A stretch of DNA of 26,913 nt from a virus. Taxonomy: Duplodnaviria > Caudoviricetes. The stretch is from positions 1 to 26,913 of IMG/VR virus record IMGVR_UViG_3300043270_000042; one strand, written 5' to 3'. The notes under the pieces are model-generated. The model was given only the letters and a program-made list of their open reading frames with translations, ran no database searches and had not been told where the DNA came from. Below are positions 25,128 through 26,913 of this stretch, piece after piece. The first letter of the stretch is position 1, and every line of letters starts with the position of its first letter. The translations under genes were made by a program, and so were the position numbers.

Positions 25128-25616
25128 TCAGTTGAAGGGGACCAGCTGGTCACCCCGGGTTCGATGGTTGACAATAAACTGCAGCGTGGTCGAGCACACC
25201 GTGTCGGTGCCCTCCTCCGCGTCGCTGAAGTCCACGGACAGGCCGGCGTCGGCGCCTGGCGCGCCGCTGCCGATGAGCAGGGCCATGACGCCCAGGTTCA
25301 TGGCCGCGCCGACGCCTTCTGCCGCCAGGATCTCAAACACCTCGCCGAGCAGCAGGTCGGCCGCGGCGTCGGCTTGGTCAACCGTCTTCTCGCGCGCCTG
25401 GATTTCGATGGCATAGACCGTCGTCCAGTCGCGCGGGCCGCCGGCAACGTCCGAGACCGTGCACACCGCACGGGGCACCTTGGTGACGCGGATCGCGCGG
25501 CCGTGCTCCCGCGGCGTGGGCGCCGCCGTTTCGTACTTGCACCAGCCGCCAGAAAGCGATGGCGCAGCCGCCACCAGGCTGGTGAGGGCCAGCCCGATGT
25601 CACGAAAGACGGTCAT
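25128..25616 (-). CDS. Putative tail terminator (gpU position)
   Basis: Synteny; DWTTVYAIEIQAR..ADLLLGEVFEIL. Confidence 0.65.
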   Translation of the reverse strand: MTVFRDIGLALTSLVAAAPSLSGGWCKYETAAPTPREHGRAIRVTKVPRAVCTVSDVAGGPRDWTTVYAIEIQAREKTVDQADAAADLLLGEVFEILAAEGVGAAMNLGVMALLIGSGAPGADAGLSVDFSDAEEGTDTVCSTTLQFIVNHRTRGDQLVPFN

Positions 25617-25620
25617 GGCG

Positions 25621-25938
25621 TCAGTCCGGATGGGCCGCGAGGATCAACGTTGCCATGCCGGTTCCGTCGAGCACCGTCTCCACCACTCGCATGCGCTGCG
25701 CGCGGCCGGGGCACGGCGGCAGTTCGAGGACGGGATCGGCGTCCGGCGACGTTATGCGCGGAGGGATGCTCGCGGCCTGGATGAGCACGCGCGGCTTGTC
25801 GATCGACAAGCCGACGCCGCCCATTGACAAAGCGGTGCTGCCCGGCGCGCCGTACAGCACGCGCACCGGGCAGCCGTCGAGCGCGGCGTCCTCGCCTTCG
25901 TCGTCAAAGTAGACGCCGAGGTCGTCGAGCGGCGACAT
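25621..25938 (-). CDS. Head-tail joining protein (gpFII-like)
   Basis: DDLGVYFDD.GEDA.LDG..V.V, DGTGMATLIL. Confidence 0.8.
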   Translation of the reverse strand: MSPLDDLGVYFDDEGEDAALDGCPVRVLYGAPGSTALSMGGVGLSIDKPRVLIQAASIPPRITSPDADPVLELPPCPGRAQRMRVVETVLDGTGMATLILAAHPD

Positions 25939-25947
25939 GGCAGCAGA

Positions 25948-26145
25948 TCAGGCCTTCGGGACGGCCGGCGCCGCCGCCGCCGCTGGCGCGGCGGGCTTGG
26001 CGTCGTCGGCTGCCTTGGCGAGGCCGGCGCGGATGAGGTTCTTGGCTTCGCCGGCGTCGGCGTCGAAGGTGCCGCCCTGGGACACGTTGACAGGCTTGCC
26101 GTCGTCGCTGGGGCGCAACAGGGGCTTGAGGGCGATGAGCTTCAT
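25948..26145 (-). CDS. Small capsid-adjacent protein (gpFI position), paralog 2
   Basis: GGAGG upstream; MKLIAL...GGTFDADAGEAKNLIRAGLA. Confidence 0.7.
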   Translation of the reverse strand: MKLIALKPLLRPSDDGKPVNVSQGGTFDADAGEAKNLIRAGLAKAADDAKPAAPAAAAAPAVPKA

Positions 26146-26369
26146 GGTGTAGTACCTCCTTTAGTCGCGGACTGGGCGACGGCGCCCTGGCCGGCCGCGT
26201 TTGTGTCGGTCTTCGCCGCGGCTTTCTTGTCCGGCCAGTTAGCGTGGCCGCCGGCAACTAAGCGCTCGGCCTCGGCTCTGTCGGGGATGTCGAACTCTTC
26301 GCCGGGCGGGACACGCACCTCCGCGCCCGGCTTGCCGGCGACGATAGTGCACAGGGCAATTAGCTTCAT
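26142..26369 (-). CDS. Small capsid-adjacent protein (gpFI position), paralog 1
   Basis: AGGAG upstream; MKLIAL...PGEEFDIPDRAEAERLVAGGHA. Confidence 0.7.
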   Translation of the reverse strand: MKLIALCTIVAGKPGAEVRVPPGEEFDIPDRAEAERLVAGGHANWPDKKAAAKTDTNAAGQGAVAQSATKGGTTP

Positions 26370-26383
26370 GAGTGCTCCTAACG

Positions 26384-26913
26384 TCAGTTGACGGTGGCGC
26401 GGAACGTCGCGTTCACGCGGTACGGCACGAGCAGCGGCGCGGACTGCATCAGCAAGAAGCGAACGGACGGATCCTGCTCGAGCCAGCTTTTTGGGTAGTA
26501 CGCCATTGCCTGCAGCGCGTCGTGGTCCTGAATGGCGCCGAAGTGGCGCACGCCCTCCACCAGCTCAGGTGCGGGCAGGCCGAGCACGGTGTAGGCCGGC
26601 AGCAGCGCGGTCTCGGTGCCGCTGGCCGGATCGACCGCCCAGCCGCTGTAGGTGTAGATGGCAAACTGGTCGACCATGCCCTGAAAAACCAGGCCCTCCA
26701 TTTGGTGCGCGTTTTGCTGCATCGTGCTGTTGCCGCGGAAGCGGTCAAGGCGCGTCTTCACGTCGGTATCGGCGCGGAAAAACTTCCACGTGTCCACCGT
26801 CATGACGACCTCGGTCAACCCCACGCCGGTGAGCTTGACCATGTTGTCGGACCAGTCCTGCAGGCTGTCCAGCGGCTTGATGCCAACCTGGCCCCAGCGG
26901 TTTCCGCCGGTGA
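26384..26913 (-). CDS. Major capsid protein, lambda gpE family (5' end beyond window)
   Basis: Frame stays open to the edge: TGGNRWGQVGIKPLDSLQDW...GVRHFGAIQD..YYPKSWLEQDPSVRFLLMQSAPLLVP.RVNA. Confidence 0.92.
   Translation of the reverse strand, partial: TGGNRWGQVGIKPLDSLQDWSDNMVKLTGVGLTEVVMTVDTWKFFRADTDVKTRLDRFRGNSTMQQNAHQMEGLVFQGMVDQFAIYTYSGWAVDPASGTETALLPAYTVLGLPAPELVEGVRHFGAIQDHDALQAMAYYPKSWLEQDPSVRFLLMQSAPLLVPYRVNATFRATVN

Larger units (their letters stand above)
1..26913. mobile_element. Lambda-like siphophage/prophage segment: early recombination and methylation arm converging on late tail and lysis arm
   Basis: Continuous phage gene content: RecE/RecT-like pair, methyltransferases, capsid, tail tube, tape measure, tail tip, endolysin, spanins. 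No host housekeeping genes; both ends run off the window. Confidence 0.97.

Overview
The whole window is a GC-rich, lambda-like siphophage or prophage segment; a Burkholderiales-type betaproteobacterial host is inferred, not proven. The + strand arm (1-8745) is an early/accessory operon: small ORFs, a RecE-like PD-(D/E)XK nuclease, RecT, three different DNA methyltransferases and an ASCH protein. The - strand arm (26913-8669) is the late operon: gpE-like capsid, head-tail connector, tail tube, G/GT chaperones with a -1 slippery site, tape measure, tail tip and fibre genes, then an expanded lysis cassette ending in a complete type IV major pilin gene. The most striking feature is a run of five integron attC-like sites (one intact, two damaged, two half-sites) at 5397-8060. 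They lie antisense to the phage genes and are read through by them. The full-length sites carry the stop of the upstream gene and the start of the next, and the reading frame at the predicted crossover point is conserved. No integrase is present in the window. Other highlights are the phage-borne pilin, a C5 methyltransferase split over two overlapping frames, and an apparently catalytically dead TIGR02594-like NlpC/P60 protein in the lysis cassette. All family assignments come from motif recognition by eye, not from database searches.
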